Below are positions 55,125 through 56,677 of a DNA stretch of 56,677 nt, piece after piece. The position numbers were made by a program, and so were the translations under genes. Position 1 is the first letter of the stretch. Each line of letters starts with the position of its first letter. The notes below the pieces were generated by a model. It was given only the letters and a program-made list of their open reading frames with translations, did not search any database and was not told the origin of the DNA. The stretch comes from a virus (taxonomy: Duplodnaviria; Caudoviricetes), in the IMG/VR virus record IMGVR_UViG_3300001847_000386, positions 1 to 56,677 of that record, one strand, 5' to 3'.

Positions 55125-56677
55125 ATGGCAGAAGAGCAAAAACAACAACCTAGAAACAATTTATTCTCTACATTAAGAAGATTGTTTTCCACTGATGTTA
55201 TTATAAGAAATGACGGTGATGGCATGCTTAAAGTAATGGATATAGATCGTATCCAAAACAATGGTGTAGTTCAAAATAATTCATTAGTAGATAGGTTCCA
55301 TAAAATATATACTACATCAACAGCTTATGGAGTAAATCTAAACTTAGCGCAAAACTACCAATCAGCTCGTATTCAAATTTATGCAGATTATGATGCTATG
55401 GATACTGATGCAATTGTATCTTCTGCTTTAGATATTATTGCTGATGAGTGTACTTTAAAAAATGAACAAGGAGAGGTATTGCAAATCAGATCTTCAGATG
55501 AAAATATCCAAAAACTATTATATAATCTATTCTATTCAGTACTAAATATTGAATTTACTTTATGGGGATGGATTAGAAACATGTGTAAATACGGTGATTT
55601 CTATTTAAAATTAGAGATTGCAGAAAAATATGGTGTTTATAATGTAATTCCTTTCTCAGCCTATAATATTATTAGGCAAGAAGGATATAATCCAGAAAAT
55701 CCTAATGAAGTGAGATTCAAATATGATCCATTAGGAGCATTAGGAACTACTTCAGGATTCTCATCTGCATATAATAATGAAGATCCAGGTGTTTATTTTG
55801 ATAATTATGAAATGGCGCATCTTAGATTAACTGGAGACGTTAACTATTTGCCTTATGGAAGATCTTATTTAGAGCCAGGAAGAAAATTATTTAAACAATA
55901 TACACTTATTGAGGATGCGATGTTAATTCACCGTATTACAAGAGCCCCAGAACGTAGAACATTCTATGTAAATGTAGGAGCCATTCCTCCAAATGAAGTT
56001 GAGAATTATATCCAGAGGATGATTGGTAAAATGAAGAAAACACCACTAATAGATCCACAAACTGGTCAATATAATTTGAAATATAACCAACAGAATTTAT
56101 TAGAAGATTTCTTTATTCCTGTAAGAGGCAATGATCAATCAACTCGTATTGATACAGCAAAAGGATTAGAATATAACGCAATTGAAGACGTTCAGTATTT
56201 TAGAGAGAAATTATTTGCGGCGTTAAAAATACCAAAAGCTTTCATGGGATATGAGAAAGATTTAACTGGTAAAGCTACATTAGCCGCAGAAGATATTCGT
56301 TTCGCAAGAACTATTGAGAGAATTCAAAGAATTATTATATCTGAATTAACAAAAGTAGCTCTAGTACATTTATATGCTCATGGTTACACAAATGAATCAG
56401 CAGCAAACTTTGCATTATCATTAACTAATCCTTCAATTATATACGAGCAAGAGAGAATTGCTTTATTTAAAGAAAAAGTTGCTTTGGCTAAAGATGCGAT
56501 GGAAGGAAATTTATTACCCAAAGATTTTATTTATGATAAAATATTCCAATTCTCTGAAGATCAATACTCTGAGATGGAAGATTTAATTGCCGAAGATAAG
56601 AAAAAAGCCTTTAGATTAAAACAAATTGAAGAGGAAGGAAATGATCCATCAGAAACAGGTCAAGTATTTGGAACACC
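55125..56677 (+). CDS. portal protein (T4 gp20-like), truncated at window end; not in ORF track
   Basis: Open frame from ATG 55125 (MAEEQKQQPRNNLFSTL); EDAMLIHRITRAPERRTFYVNVGAIPP, EDFFIPVRG and EDIRFARTIERIQ signatures. Confidence 0.95.
   Translation, partial: MAEEQKQQPRNNLFSTLRRLFSTDVIIRNDGDGMLKVMDIDRIQNNGVVQNNSLVDRFHKIYTTSTAYGVNLNLAQNYQSARIQIYADYDAMDTDAIVSSALDIIADECTLKNEQGEVLQIRSSDENIQKLLYNLFYSVLNIEFTLWGWIRNMCKYGDFYLKLEIAEKYGVYNVIPFSAYNIIRQEGYNPENPNEVRFKYDPLGALGTTSGFSSAYNNEDPGVYFDNYEMAHLRLTGDVNYLPYGRSYLEPGRKLFKQYTLIEDAMLIHRITRAPERRTFYVNVGAIPPNEVENYIQRMIGKMKKTPLIDPQTGQYNLKYNQQNLLEDFFIPVRGNDQSTRIDTAKGLEYNAIEDVQYFREKLFAALKIPKAFMGYEKDLTGKATLAAEDIRFARTIERIQRIIISELTKVALVHLYAHGYTNESAANFALSLTNPSIIYEQERIALFKEKVALAKDAMEGNLLPKDFIYDKIFQFSEDQYSEMEDLIAEDKKKAFRLKQIEEEGNDPSETGQVFGT

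Noticed and set aside
53513-56677. Introns or inteins in terminase or portal
   Set aside because: Both frames are continuous and of ordinary length, with no intein motifs seen.

Overview
This is a 56.7-kb segment of a large, AT-rich, tailed dsDNA phage (myovirus-like). It carries a T4-gp17-like terminase, a gp20-like portal, gp6/gp25-like baseplate genes and a gp55-like sigma factor. The host is probably Bacteroidota; this is inferred from A-rich starts lacking Shine-Dalgarno sites, TAnnTTT(G/A)-type promoter elements and Bacteroidota-type Ig repeats. Layout: (1) 1-4.6 kb, + strand: GC-richer early-type region with small hypothetical genes, four tRNAs, a tRNA-like element with an expanded core and several putative structured ncRNAs. 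(2) 4.6-14.4 kb, + strand: accessory enzymes (DHH, ART-like, Tiki-like, ParB-like, putative DNA-hypermodification enzyme), a holin and an HNH endonuclease. (3) 14.4-41.3 kb, - strand: tail/baseplate module with two LRR-type fibre proteins, then the sigma factor, an HD hydrolase and a glutaredoxin. (4) 41.7-56.7 kb, + strand: primase, exonuclease, a second block of accessory enzymes, terminase and a truncated portal. The most notable signal is that about 12 unrelated proteins share a short N-terminal leader, M(I)(K/R)LxxLLxE, resembling the T4 capsid-targeting and prohead-protease signal, and many lie just behind a strand-concordant ATATTTAT motif. This suggests a modular 'capsid-cargo' system of injected enzymes. 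A paralogous baseplate/fibre-base protein also appears split into three ORFs with fibre modules inserted. All family calls come from motif recognition by eye, not from database searches.
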